Assembly (NCBI GenBank): GCA_013115145.1
Contig: JAAPAO010000021.1
Coordinates: 1-64,000, forward strand
Direction of reading: 5' to 3'
Length of the DNA: 64,000 nt
DNA from: Perkinsus chesapeaki ATCC PRA-425
Taxonomy: Eukaryota > Protista > Perkinsozoa
In this document: positions 1 to 11,373 of the stretch, in pieces
Layout: every line of letters begins with the position of its first letter
Position numbering within the stretch: position 1 is the first letter of the stretch
The notes under the pieces: model-generated
Databases searched by the model: none
Told to the model about the DNA's origin: nothing
Seen by the model: only the letters and a program-made list of their open reading frames with translations
Position numbers and translations under genes: made by a program

Positions 1-2
1 TC

Positions 3-782
3 AACGGTTCTAGCTACAGCTGTCACCAGGTGATTGCAGCGCCTCTCCCAACCCCAGCGTCTATGGGATTTCCCGGAGTCGAAGAGACCTTTAAGATCTT
101 GGTAGATATCCCCGAAGGGGACAGGCCGATTGTGTTCACTGCATACAGAACTGGTCCTGAGAGGACCTCCCTAGGCGTTGGGGTAGCCTTCGAAGAATAT
201 GTGACCAAAGCCCCAGTGGGCACCGAAAGCTTTGAGGAATACCACAGGCTTCTGTTGCTAACAATTGGGGATCTCAAGATTGTGGTCAGAACTGAGGTTG
301 ATGCCGTGGCGAGTGATCCTCAGAACGGGCCTCTCCCAACAGACTGGAAGTTATGTAAGAAGAGTGAGAAAATGCACTATAAAGCCTACGGCAAGTTTAA
401 TGCCAATGAGACCGTTGTGGAAATGAAGAGCAAGAGTGCGTTCTTTCCTGACTTCCCGTGGAGATCAACATTCTATCAAATGCTACTCGGCAAGGTCGAT
501 AAGTTGGTATTGGGTTGGCATAAGAAGGGCTCCTTTGAACCGCCGAAGGAATACACATTTTCCGAAGTAAGAAAGAGAGTAGACGACGATGTAGATAAGC
601 GCCTCCGCCAACTTGGCGCACTGCTCCGCCGCTTGTTGGAAGTTGGTAAACAGGAGGATATTCCGAAGGCACTGGAGCTGTCCTGGGATGGCGGACGAGC
701 CGATCTTGTCGTACAGGCCCGAAAGGTTGAGAATAGTGGTACCGCGGAGACGCGCAGGTTCGTCGAATCGTTCATAGAGTAA
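3..782 (+). CDS. RAI1/DXO-like PD-(D/E)XK nuclease-fold protein, intronless, 5' end probably outside window
   Basis: Frame is open from the window edge. Motifs GVAFEEYVT, YHRLL..IGDLKIVVRTEVDA, VVEMKSK and YQMLLGKVDKLVLGWH match the E-x-D / E-x-K / Q pattern of RAI1/DXO-type proteins (recognised by eye). Confidence 0.5.
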   Translation, partial: NGSSYSCHQVIAAPLPTPASMGFPGVEETFKILVDIPEGDRPIVFTAYRTGPERTSLGVGVAFEEYVTKAPVGTESFEEYHRLLLLTIGDLKIVVRTEVDAVASDPQNGPLPTDWKLCKKSEKMHYKAYGKFNANETVVEMKSKSAFFPDFPWRSTFYQMLLGKVDKLVLGWHKKGSFEPPKEYTFSEVRKRVDDDVDKRLRQLGALLRRLLEVGKQEDIPKALELSWDGGRADLVVQARKVENSGTAETRRFVESFIE

Positions 783-1407
783 CTTGTTACAATCGGTTTT
801 AACCTCCTCATTTTTACTACTAACAGCTCGCGTCCTGTTGCGTTGTACGAAGTACTGTAGTCGTGAATGTGGCACACTAGGGCATGGTTGTTTGCGTGCC
901 AGCACGGAAGTGCGACCCATGAGGAACGGAAACCCGCATGATAGCATTCTCATTGAAACGAGAGCGACTTGAAAGTGTAAAAGCATGCCTCGCATCATCA
1001 TACATTCTAGTGCTCTGGGGTGTCTATGAGGGTGCTCTAGACCCGCTATTTAAATCTCAGTTCATGAAGCACTGTTCCAAGCCGCCCGGAACATACATGG
1101 GTTTTCCATTCTGTGGACACTGGGATAGCTAAATAACCGAAAACAACACCAAACCGTGTATCCCAGGGCGAAAGAGGGCGAGTATTCAAAAAAGCTTGTT
1201 TTTTGTTTGTTTGTTTGGTTGGGGTTTCGGACGATTGTCCGATAGGCGGCTAAGACGTCCTAGGCAATCTCAACCGCCCGAACGATAGGGGGTCGAAGTT
1301 ACGGTCGTGCTGGTAGCATAAAGTTCTTGCGCGCCACGAAACTCAGCTGCGCAGTTTCCCTTTTTTGTTTGACAGCTGCGCGCGCCACTGTAATCGATTG
1401 GTTTCGA

Positions 1408-2862
1408 ATGGATTCTCAAGTCGATGATGATGGAGGGCCTGTAGAGCCGCAAGGGTGAGCCAATTGGTCGCATCGTCGCTTACCGAAACTCATCGGAGAC
1501 GGTCGGCTCTGTACAATCAGCTTTCAGATCCGCAGAGGTCATTGATAAAGTTGTACGGGGCTTAGGAGCCGATCTAAACGCTGAGACCTATCTCGTTAAA
1601 TTGCCCCCCTGGCTGGCTGAGAGGGTGCGGTGTAGTGCACCCGGCACTGAGATAGGTCGGAGTGATCCTATTAATGTTACTGGGAAGGAGAAATGTAGAT
1701 TTGCCGCTACTGGATGCGCTTTGCAGGGGAAGCCATCCGACTTCGAGATAGTAATGACGGTTTTCACGGTAACGTTTAATCTACTGTTTTAGCGTACCAC
1801 AGGGTCGACCCCCGATGGGCTATATCTGTTTGGATTTGGAAGTGATGGTATGGAACAGAATGATATAGAGGTTATTGAGGGTGAGGATGAGCCGGACGTC
1901 AAGAGAGGCTCAGAGGTTATAGTGCGGAAAGTAACGGGCAACAGGCATATGATGCCAATGAGGATGGATGCCAAGTATAAGGCACTTCTCAAGGTAGTAG
2001 TGAGGTAGGGTCCTGTCAGACTTGATGGTGATGGCCTATTAAGACTTTTGACGAGGTTATGTATTAGGATTGACTAATGTATTATAATGTCTCTAATAGT
2101 TAATATCTTATGTCTTCTTGGAGCTGCATTTGTTGGCTTACTGTTGGTGCATATAGTTGAATATATGAATTGTTGTTTACACTAGATTGTAAACTATTCC
2201 AATATGCTATCAGTGACATTGATGCTTTTAGGAACGATTGGCAGCTTCCAACAACGTTGATTTAAAGCATAGGACAGAGGTTGATACTCGATCGGCTGAG
2301 TAACAACGGGATGTCCGGACACTTGGGAGCACAGTTGGTGTTTCAGTGAACTGTTGGCATCACAGCAAGTTAAGATGTTCCAATATGCAGCCTATAGGGG
2401 AGACATAGAAGGTCATTCCAGTGACGACGGTTACTCTGGCGAGGAAGGGTAATAACAAAGGCACCACCTGGCAAAGTTATGCTAGTCTCATAGGCCCAGC
2501 GCTAAACGTATGAGAAGTGAGGGCCCGGGGGCAAGGAGGACCTTAGGGTTCGACGCGAGCACGCTGCCTTTACCAGATGTTCTTATGAGGGTAATACAGG
2601 GCTGGTCGTATGGGCTTGGAGTGTGTGCTGCAGCTATTGGTGGTGGAGGATGTTGGATGGACACTACAGCAGATGGCGAAGCGTCTCAGGGATGAGGGCC
2701 TCACGGTCAACCTCACTCAACTTAGACGGAACCTATCGGATTTATGTGACTACCAAAGGAGGCCTGGGGACAATCAAGCGAAGTAGGAGCGGGGGTCATG
2801 GTGGTCTATAGCGTGTGGTTAGGTACTACTTGAAGGCCGAATACAAAAGAGGGGGTATGTGA
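1408..2862 (+). CDS. GTF2F2: Transcription factor IIF beta subunit (RAP30/Tfg2), multi-exon
   Basis: N-terminal exon TYLVKLPPWLAER resembles WLVKVP..L..W. C-terminal exons LRRNLSDLCDYQRR...YYLKAEYKR resemble LKEIL.EI....WELKPEY. GT-AG introns link the exons. Confidence 0.55.
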
Positions 2863-2978
2863 CGTACAAGGGGCTTGATATCTAGTTTCAAAAGAGTGGA
2901 AGGACGTTGTTGTGTGTTGAGATTCCCAATGGGGGCTCGGGTAGACTGGAAAAGTGTTAGTGTTTTGGTGGCCGGTTG

Positions 2979-5452
2979 ATGTCCGACTCTGTCCCCGACA
3001 CTCTTTCTTACGGTAAAGGGAGGCCGGTGGTCTGGGTGATTCGGGTGGTGACAGGTACTGTGAGGAAAGCAGGCCGATCGGCACATGGTCTGTTCAAAGC
3101 CAATCATGAGATGCTAGGATGGAGGAATAGGCAGACTGGTCAGACCACTCAGTTGAATAAGGAAGTAGGACGGACATTACGGGTGTATCCGATAATGAAT
3201 AATTAATACCATATTTCCCACAAATCCTCACTGAGGATATCCTTGGTGAAGCTAGAGATAATAGATATTCAAGTCAATATCGCTTGTCAGGACATTGCCT
3301 CTGTCTCGTGGTATAAGGTTAGCAAGGAATGCATGCTAAAGGTAACAAAGGAGGATGCTGCTGTTGGGTGGTAGATGGGGAGCGACTGCGGCCTCATTAG
3401 ATTCTTATGAAGAACGGTGATATATATAAGTACGATGGGTTCCAAGATTCCAACTATGAGACTGTGAAGGCGTTCTTTAAGAAACATTATGGATTGGAAT
3501 TGGCCAAGGAAAAGGTGATTTGGGGGGGTGGGGGGTTGGGAGGCCTTACGGAAGCTGCTTAGATGTCGACGAAGGGCTGGTGCTGGGGTGAGACAAGTTG
3601 GTCTGGCACGGAGCTAGAGTTGAAGAACTCTGACCAGATGGCCTTTGAGATTCAAGCCACTGATATTGCACAGGTAGGCTTGGCAATGTTGGATATCGGC
3701 ATGAAGTCGACGATGAACGTTGCCGAAGAGGGGGTAATTTTGTGGACTATTTACAGAATTCCGGCACATGTTCCACATCTCTTCGCCAAGAGAAGGTGCT
3801 CTCGCTATGGGAGGGCTTGGGGAAGGGCAGAATATATTTAGATCGATCGGTTGGTGGTCAGGTGGTCCCTACTGGGAAGAATGAGGTGGCCTTGGAGTTC
3901 CATGTAGATGACACTAAGGACCCTGATGATGAGAGCTTGGTTGAGCTGAGGTACTAGGGCAAGGATTGGGGCAGGTGAGAGTTTGAAGTGGATAGATTCT
4001 TTATTCCCAATGAGGAGTATGCTACCAAGCTGAAGGAGGAGCTTATACAAAAATCAGGAGCTGCCAGTGGTAGGGATACGAGCTTAAAGATTCCATTAGA
4101 GGTCGCTTGGGGTTAGGCGGTGGAACGACGATCTGCCAGTTCTTGAACATCCCTATTGTGCTGCCCAGAGGCCACTACGATCTGGACATGTTCCGATCCT
4201 CATTCAAGCTCCGAGGAAAGTCCTTTGACTACACTATTAAGTACATGAACGTATCGAGGATGTTCATGTTGCCTAAGCCAGATGGGGTTCATGTGTCCTT
4301 TGTATTGGGGCTTGATCAGCCGGTAGGGCGCCATTATGGGGGGCGATGTGAGGAAAGTGTGGTATCAGGTTCGGCAAGGAAATACGGCTTATAGCTTCCT
4401 GGTGATGCAATATGATAAGGAGAGGGAGGTAGAGGACCTGAGCATTAACCTGGACGATGAGGAGCTGGCAAAGTGCAAGCTACAGAAGGTTGTTAGTGGT
4501 AGCATTGGCAGCGGTTGCCTGCTTTGGAGGGGACTTGGGTGCTGTTAGGTGAAAAGCTGTACGCGGTGATGGGTCAACTGTTCAAGCATGTTACTGGTAA
4601 GAATGTGGTGACACCATGTCAGGACTTCAAGGCATCCAATAGCTACAACTGCGTAAGCGGTGGGAGCTGTAGTGTGGAGGGGAGGATAGGGAGGATGCTT
4701 AGGTGAGGTGCTCTCACAAGGCGAACGATGGGTTCCTATACCCTCTGAAGAAGAGCTTCTTATTTGTTAATAAGCCGGTGATGTGGATACGATACGACGA
4801 CGTGCTGGCAGTCGGTAGGGCGTCCCTACTGCTGCAGTTGTGGCCAGTGATGTGTCGTCGTTGCTGTAGAGTTCTCCCGTGCTGACTCGGGCTTCACGCA
4901 GACACGGTACTTTGATCTGAAGGTATATAAGAAGGGAGAGGGTCAGCCGCATGACTTCCAACAGATGGACAGGTAGGCAGTAGTACATTGTGGGAGGAGG
5001 ATGCCTTGTGGCCTGCAGGTCCGAGTATAACGCGCTCATCGATTTCATACAGAAAGCTGGAATTAGGATCAGGAACTTGGAGGGCTCTGGATTGGGCCTG
5101 GGGGGAAAGAGAGCTCGAGAGGACGGAGCATCGCCTGGTGAGGGCTTGGAGGCATGGTTGGTGGCATCTTGAAGGACGGTGGCAGATGGATCTCCTGATT
5201 TGGGCGACGACCTTCCATCTGAAGATGAGAGTGATGATGAGGATTATGAGGATGACGCTGGAGGAGATGATGAGAGCAGTGGCGGCAGCGATGAGGATGA
5301 GGAGGATGATGAGGATGCGGTAGGAGCTTCGCTCCGCTAGGATTTGGGGGCATGTTTTACATTATTAGGGAAGCGAAGATGAGGAGAAGAAACACAAGCA
5401 TAAGCATCATCATCACCATCATCATAAGAAGGACAAGAAGAGGAAGTCTTGA
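2979..5452 (+). CDS. SSRP1: FACT complex subunit SSRP1/Pob3, multi-exon
   Basis: Exons encode GLFKANHEMLGWRN, STKGWCWG, TGKNEVALEFH, PRGHYDLDMF..FKLRGKSFDYTI, CSHKANDGFLYPLKKSFLFVNKP and EYNALIDFIQK, followed by an acidic tail and a His/Lys-rich end. Confidence 0.93.
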
Positions 5453-5640
5453 AGAGACACTATCAACATTGCACGTCATCTCCCTTAGCAAGTATTCCTA
5501 ATGTTAGGATGCTTCCATCTCCGACAAAGTGTTGTTGCGTGAAGTTAGTGTTCGAAGTGGGTCTGGAGAGGAGACCGTCTTCCACAGAGAAGAAGTGGTA
5601 GGCGATTACCGCGGACCTATTGCACGTGGTTAGAGGGCGC

Positions 5641-8489
5641 ATGAGCAGTTATTCGCGAATGTCTATTCGTATAAGTCGACTTGATGAATCTCGTGGCACC
5701 CTTGAGTCATCTTTTGACCGGGAACTTCTACTCTGTGAGCCCCTGGTCCTGGGCTGCGATCCTCAACGGTGTGACCTAGTCCTGAAGGGTCTCTGCAAAA
5801 AGCACTGTACTATATTACTTGACACATCCCTAGCATGGGTCGCATGCACCACTGAGGCAGAAGGCCGGACCTTTATACTAACATCAGACTGCAGTGTAGA
5901 AAAAAGCAATCGAATGAGGGTGGCAGCAAGTCTTGGTCGAGGGCAGAAGCTACTCTATCAGCTGCGGCTGGGAGACCATCTTGTCCTCAGTGCTGACCAT
6001 GGTGTCGAGTGGGAGGTAGCGTTGAGGACTGCTGCTTGGGCTGATAGTGCTGTCACTCGTCAGATTGCTTTAGAGTCGTTGAAAGGGCTCAGGAGGAGGT
6101 CGTCTGATGGTAGCTTCAACTTTGTCGGTGGCACTCAGGCGTACTGTCCAGCAAAGAAGGGCCTACGACGGGAAGTCGATACGGACTTCGATACGCGTTC
6201 TCAGGTCAGACTAATCTGGCCTCCGTCGCCCGGAAGGGAAATATGGCTCGGGCGCCTTCGCTGTTCTCGACCTCCGCATTCAGGCCTCGTTCCCCGATTC
6301 TGATCGAACCCTCTCCCCCAGTGAGAATGACCGCCGTAAAGCCAACAGCTTGTCACAGAACAACAGTAGCCTTCCACCTGGACTAGATGACACTCTCAAG
6401 TCCCCATCAATCACCCATCATCATGAGGAATCACCGTCCCCGGTGGAGCCACTACTGCTAACCAGCGGCGTGGTGAGAGCTATGGATCCGAATCTGACAA
6501 TACCGGTCTTCGGGTAGGTCAGCTCTGGTGCGATTTTTGGTGGTCGAGACTCCTTGGCATCGTCGCTGGCCAGTTTTGGAGGGGGTGTCATGACCGCTGT
6601 GCGAGAGGCCACGCCCGGTGGTGGCATGCTTCGGGTAAGCCTGCTGCCTACTAAAGCGAGGGGAATCGACCCTCATTCAGTCCAGCCTTGGCACGGTGCC
6701 CTATTGTCCCGGTACGACCTACAAAGATGCGGTAAGCCTCTTTACAAGTGGAGTAACGCATTAGGATCAGATATATCACTACAGTGATGACGATGATCAA
6801 GACTCGAATACCAGGCCTTATCGGGACAGCGTGGGGGCGACGGTCAGAGCCTTGTCGGCTGTTCTATTAGAAGCTCTCGGCTCAGGGCATGTGCACTGAT
6901 TCAGCACCACCAACACCGGTTCAAGACAGCTGTATAGAGGAAGATGACCCTCTTGAAGACAGCAGCTCTATAACACCAAAGGGATCGACTGGCTTGGGAG
7001 CGATGGTTGCGGAAACACGGAGAGTGGTGCCGCAACCCCCACCAGCTGCTGCTGCCCCTGATGATGATATCGGCCTGGTCTGCTCGGTCGTGGACGAAAG
7101 AGTGGATCCCAATGATTTCCCTGTAAATACTGATGATGAACTCTTTCATACTGGCATGACGATAAGTACGGACACTGAGGAAGAGGAGAAGGGGGAGGAA
7201 CCACCAACATCCACCAAGTCTGCGAAAACTGCCACTGCGCCACGACCGAAGCCGAAGGCCAAGAGCAAGGCTCGAGCTAAGGGGAAGGCGCGACGGAAGA
7301 GGAGTCCTCAGTCGACAGCGAGTAAAAGGTCTCGAAGAGTTAAAGTTGAGGATACGAGTGATGATGATGATGGTGCTACCAGCGCGGCGGCATATAGTGG
7401 TCGAAGCCCGGTTAGGAAAAGGCGACGACAGAGCACTGGCAGTAGAGACAAAGGCACAGTTAAAGAAGAACCAAAAGTAAATAGAGAATTACGACGGGTT
7501 GAGCTGGTCACTTTAGAAGATAGCGATATGCTTCAGCAGTGAATGTCGGCCATCAACAGCGGACACAAGGAGGCTGTCGGCCTGTGGAGCGAAGGCTGTC
7601 TCCTCGATGAATGGTAAGGCAGGGAAATATCTAGGTTCATGCGAAGAGTTTCTTGGGCACCAGAGGGCACTCCCGGCGCGGATTATGGCACTTATGTTCA
7701 ATAGCCTTTCTAGTATAAGAAGCAACATGCGGTGCGTTCCTCATTCGTGCGTTTGGTGATTCCTCGTGAGCGAGGATTTCGCAGTGCAACTGGGTGTTTG
7801 ATACCAGTGAGTGTGCTGGGTTGTTTGGCTCCACAGTCCCTCGTGTTTGCCGAGCCGCTAGTCCTCGTGTCCCTTGTACTCAGGTGAGGTGGTGATGTTC
7901 GTGGCTGACCGTATAAAAAGATCTGCAAAACTGATGTCTGCCATTTGTCGGGGTATACCCGTTGTCAGTAGCAAATATGTCCTGCAGTGCTTTGACAAGG
8001 GAGAGATAGCTCAACCATATGATGACACGGACTGGCTGAAGGATGCAGCTGGGGAGAGCCATTGGGGCTTCACTCTCAGTCGGTCGATAAGACTTGCTAG
8101 AAATAATGGCCCGGTCTTGAAGGGTTACCAAGTAGGCGAGGATTGGGCGGCAAGGCTTACTGGCTGCTGTTTGGTGTTAGATTCACTGCGCCACGAAAAG
8201 CACGGCCACAAAAGACTTCAAAGAGACTGTGGCAGCTGCTGGAGCTACCTACTTGCCGAGTCTTCCGGCTCGGATACCTGATGAGCGTAAATCCTAGTGT
8301 TCGTACAAGTTGCCAGGTTTTAGTTTAGGCAAAGACTGGCTCCTCGTGATCGTTGAAAACGAAGAGACCCGTGGAGACTTACGACTGGTCCGAAAACTGA
8401 AGCTGCCCTGTGTGTATGTGAAGGAGCTCGTTATGGCTGCGGCCACTACTCAAGAGCTGCAGCTTGCTAAATACGCCGTCGAAATATAA
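5641..8489 (+). CDS. MDC1-like FHA + tandem BRCT DNA-damage mediator
   Basis: N-terminal FHA-like LVLGCDPQRCDLVLKGLCKKHCTI, then a long low-complexity S/T/D/K linker. C-terminal BRCT pair VADRIKRSAKLMSAICRGIPVVS...WGFTLSRSI...VLKGYQ...KELVMAAATTQEL aligns by eye to the MDC1/PTIP-type BRCT repeat. Confidence 0.6.
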
Positions 8490-8675
8490 TTATTTTATGC
8501 ACATGATGATGATCGATGCAGATGCTTGCGGGGTATACTATGACTACACTTTTACTAACATGCCTGCATACTCTTAAACAGCAGCTTTGAGTTCGTCAGA
8601 AAGAGTAGTGGTGGAAAGCTTCAAGTATCTTCTAATCGATATATCAATACAGTAAGTCATATAGTTATTTTTACA

Positions 8676-9333
8676 ATGGTATTGCCATTGACGGAAGTAA
8701 GCCCCGGCGAGTACGAGGTGGTAGGCCCTGCAAAACATGGGATAACTGCCCGGCTACTCGAAGGGTAACGTAGTCGTATCTCGGCACATCTGGTACCTTT
8801 CTCAGGCATCTTGTGCCGGATCCTTCGGTACCGGGTTACACACCGCCATCTGGAGCACAGGACTCACTACCGTCCCTGCAGGACTCTCTTTTATTATCTT
8901 TAAGGGGTGTTCCGGGCACACAGGTGTATGTAACCGAAGATGCGGGCGGATATCTTGGCCGATGCACTGTGAAGAAGCTACTGAATAACGGACAAGAGTA
9001 GGAGTAGACGTGTTGGAGTTATAGCTGTTATGATCCTCAGAGTCGTACTTCACAGAGATGACCAAGCAGGTCGCCGAGGGTTTGTTATAGCAACGAACAG
9101 TGTGGAATACATAATCCCACCCGCAGACTTCGATCCTGTTCAAAGCATACAAGAGGCATTGAGAGCCGATGCCCTTTACCGAGAGGAGAGACGGAGGAAG
9201 CATATTTCATTCAGACGGTGAGGGAGATCATCTCTGCCAATGTTGCACAGCTATTTTTAGGCACATAAAGTCTAGGCAAGAACGCGAGAAGGCCGTAAGG
9301 GAGTATCAGCATCGGAATGCATCTTGGAATTGA
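8676..9333 (+). CDS. Small multi-exon hypothetical protein
   Basis: ATG exon MVLPLTEVSPGEYE, plausible GT-AG introns, and last exons ...IQEALRADALYREERRRKHISFRRHIKSRQEREKAVREYQHRNASWN*. No family recognised. Confidence 0.35.
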
Positions 9334-9440
9334 TTCCATTTCAACTCAACCTTTCTTTTTGCTTCCTAGTGCTGCTGCGCCTTCTGGGGACAGGGAGTTG
9401 GTCATAGAGCTAGTTTGTCAGTGAATCTGTCCCTCTGGAG

Positions 9441-11027
9441 ATGCCGCCATTCTTCTTCACAGAGCAAGCTGCCAGTGAATTTGTTTTCCTCGACGTCGGG
9501 GTAGCTGACGCCGTGAAAGGTATCAAGGATAAGATCGAAACCAAGACTGGAATTTCTGCTGGCAACCAGTCGCTAACCTTATTGGGCGAACGGCTCGATG
9601 AAAGTCGCTTCATGTACGAGTACAACTCTAACAAGGCCACGAAGCTCCATTTGGTACTTCACAACTATGGGCCACTCGCTGTCACCGTTATGGATGACAA
9701 GACGAACACTTTTAAGATTGAAACTGACGCTGCTGCTACAGTTGATAGCATGAAGAGGAAGCTTCAGGAAATTGCTTCAGTTCCGGTGGACGAACAAGAG
9801 CTCATCTTTGCTGGAAAACCCGAGTGCAACGATACTGTGGTGTCTGATTATATGATGCACGAGTCAACAAGGCATATCTTCCTGAGACTCACCACAAGGG
9901 TTGAGATCTCCGTGGAAAATGTGGTGCCTCCCAAGTCTAAGATCACCCTTGACGTCGAACCAAGCTGGACCCTCGAAGATATTCAGAGACTTACCCAGCG
10001 CGTATACGGTATCCCTTCCGATCATCAAATGTGGTTTATCGCTGGAAGCGGTCAGAGGTTAGAGCGAGGTCGTTCTGTCGCGGACTGCAACTGTAGAGGA
10101 CTCTCCACGGTTGACATGATGCTGAGTATCTTGGGTGTACCACAGATCTCTGCTAAGACAGTGAGCGGCGAGATCTACCGTACCGAGGTCAAGCCGTCAG
10201 ACTCGACCGCTGATCTGAAGTCTAAGGTTCACTTTAAAACAGGTGTTCCTCCCGACCAGCAAGAGATCTTCGTTGGAGAGAAGCTCCTCAGTGAAGAAGG
10301 TATCCTCGCTGACCATATCAAGACTGAGACTAGGGTTGCTTGCACCTTGCGCATCCGTGGGTATGTCAAGCTGTTCGTGGAAACGGGTGTGAGTGAAGCT
10401 TACGTTGTGCACACAGCTACTACCGCGACGGTGAGGACTGTCAAAGAAGAAATCGGGAATAAGATGGGACTATGCGTTCTCAGTCAGCCGCTCATCTGTG
10501 ATGATGCTGAGCTGGAAGACGGTCGGGCGCTGTCGGACTACTTTGGTGACGGCCGTGGCCCGTTCTTCGCAGTCGAGGTGCAGGGCATGCTGAAAGTCGC
10601 TGTCGACGCGGGCGTTCGCGGCCAGTTTGATGTTACCATTGGGGATACCCAAAGTGGTAAAGACCTGAAATTTCGCGTATGTCAAGAGCTGGTGCTACCA
10701 ACTGATCATGTTAAAATTCTGTGGAAAGGATCGGAAGTCGCACACGACTCGTCACTGAGTATGATGCATGAGAACACAGGTCCCTTAGCGGTGGAAGTCA
10801 ATACTGGTATGGAAATATACGTGGAGGCCGACAAGAAGGAGTTTACTCTAACAGTTTCAGCTTCCGATACCATCAAGACCATCAAAGCTTTGGCTGAAGA
10901 ATTGGGCGTCAACCTCGAAAATCAGGTGCTGTGCTATGAGGTCACCCCCCTCTGTGCCGAGAAGACACTTGAAGATTATAATATCAGGAATGGTGACTAT
11001 CTAGACGTGAGATCTATTCAGTACTGA
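9441..11027 (+). CDS. Intronless protein of seven tandem divergent ubiquitin-like domains
   Basis: 528 aa ORF divides into ~75 aa units, each with a ubiquitin pattern (e.g. TLDVEPSWTLEDI..GIPSDHQ; TEVKPSDSTADLKSKV..GVPPDQQEIF; TLEDYNIRNGDYL). Confidence 0.8.
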   Translation: MPPFFFTEQAASEFVFLDVGVADAVKGIKDKIETKTGISAGNQSLTLLGERLDESRFMYEYNSNKATKLHLVLHNYGPLAVTVMDDKTNTFKIETDAAATVDSMKRKLQEIASVPVDEQELIFAGKPECNDTVVSDYMMHESTRHIFLRLTTRVEISVENVVPPKSKITLDVEPSWTLEDIQRLTQRVYGIPSDHQMWFIAGSGQRLERGRSVADCNCRGLSTVDMMLSILGVPQISAKTVSGEIYRTEVKPSDSTADLKSKVHFKTGVPPDQQEIFVGEKLLSEEGILADHIKTETRVACTLRIRGYVKLFVETGVSEAYVVHTATTATVRTVKEEIGNKMGLCVLSQPLICDDAELEDGRALSDYFGDGRGPFFAVEVQGMLKVAVDAGVRGQFDVTIGDTQSGKDLKFRVCQELVLPTDHVKILWKGSEVAHDSSLSMMHENTGPLAVEVNTGMEIYVEADKKEFTLTVSASDTIKTIKALAEELGVNLENQVLCYEVTPLCAEKTLEDYNIRNGDYLDVRSIQY

Positions 11028-11373
11028 GCTGCGATGTGAGGAACACAGTGGGTGAGCCGGTATTTCAAAGTCAGAAGAATCGACTAACATCAATTAGTTC
11101 TCGCAATCACAACTAGCTTTGTGGAGTTCCTAGTACACGGGTGACGAATTTGTACGAAACAGTGGGACTGAGTCCCCGCCTCTATTTTTTACACGGTCTC
11201 CGCGAAACTGATGAACACAGGGATCATGCACGTACATAGATATATCCAATCTCTGCGTTGTGAGTGTCGTTACAGTTGAACCAGAGTGCAACACACGCGC
11301 TTTAGTCACGGTGTTTTCTTGTCTTCTTGCTTTCTTTTCTAGTCACCTCATAGGCATTCGATTTGTCCTCGTA

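Noticed and set aside
1201-1220. (GTTT)n microsatellite; also His/Asp codon repeats at 5220-5425
   Set aside because: Short simple repeats or coding low-complexity sequence with no special significance.
1329-1388. Recurrent GCGCGCCAC motif (1329, 1380, 16220; reverse at 55791) as a promoter element
   Set aside because: Only mildly above chance for a window this size; needs genome-wide enrichment testing.
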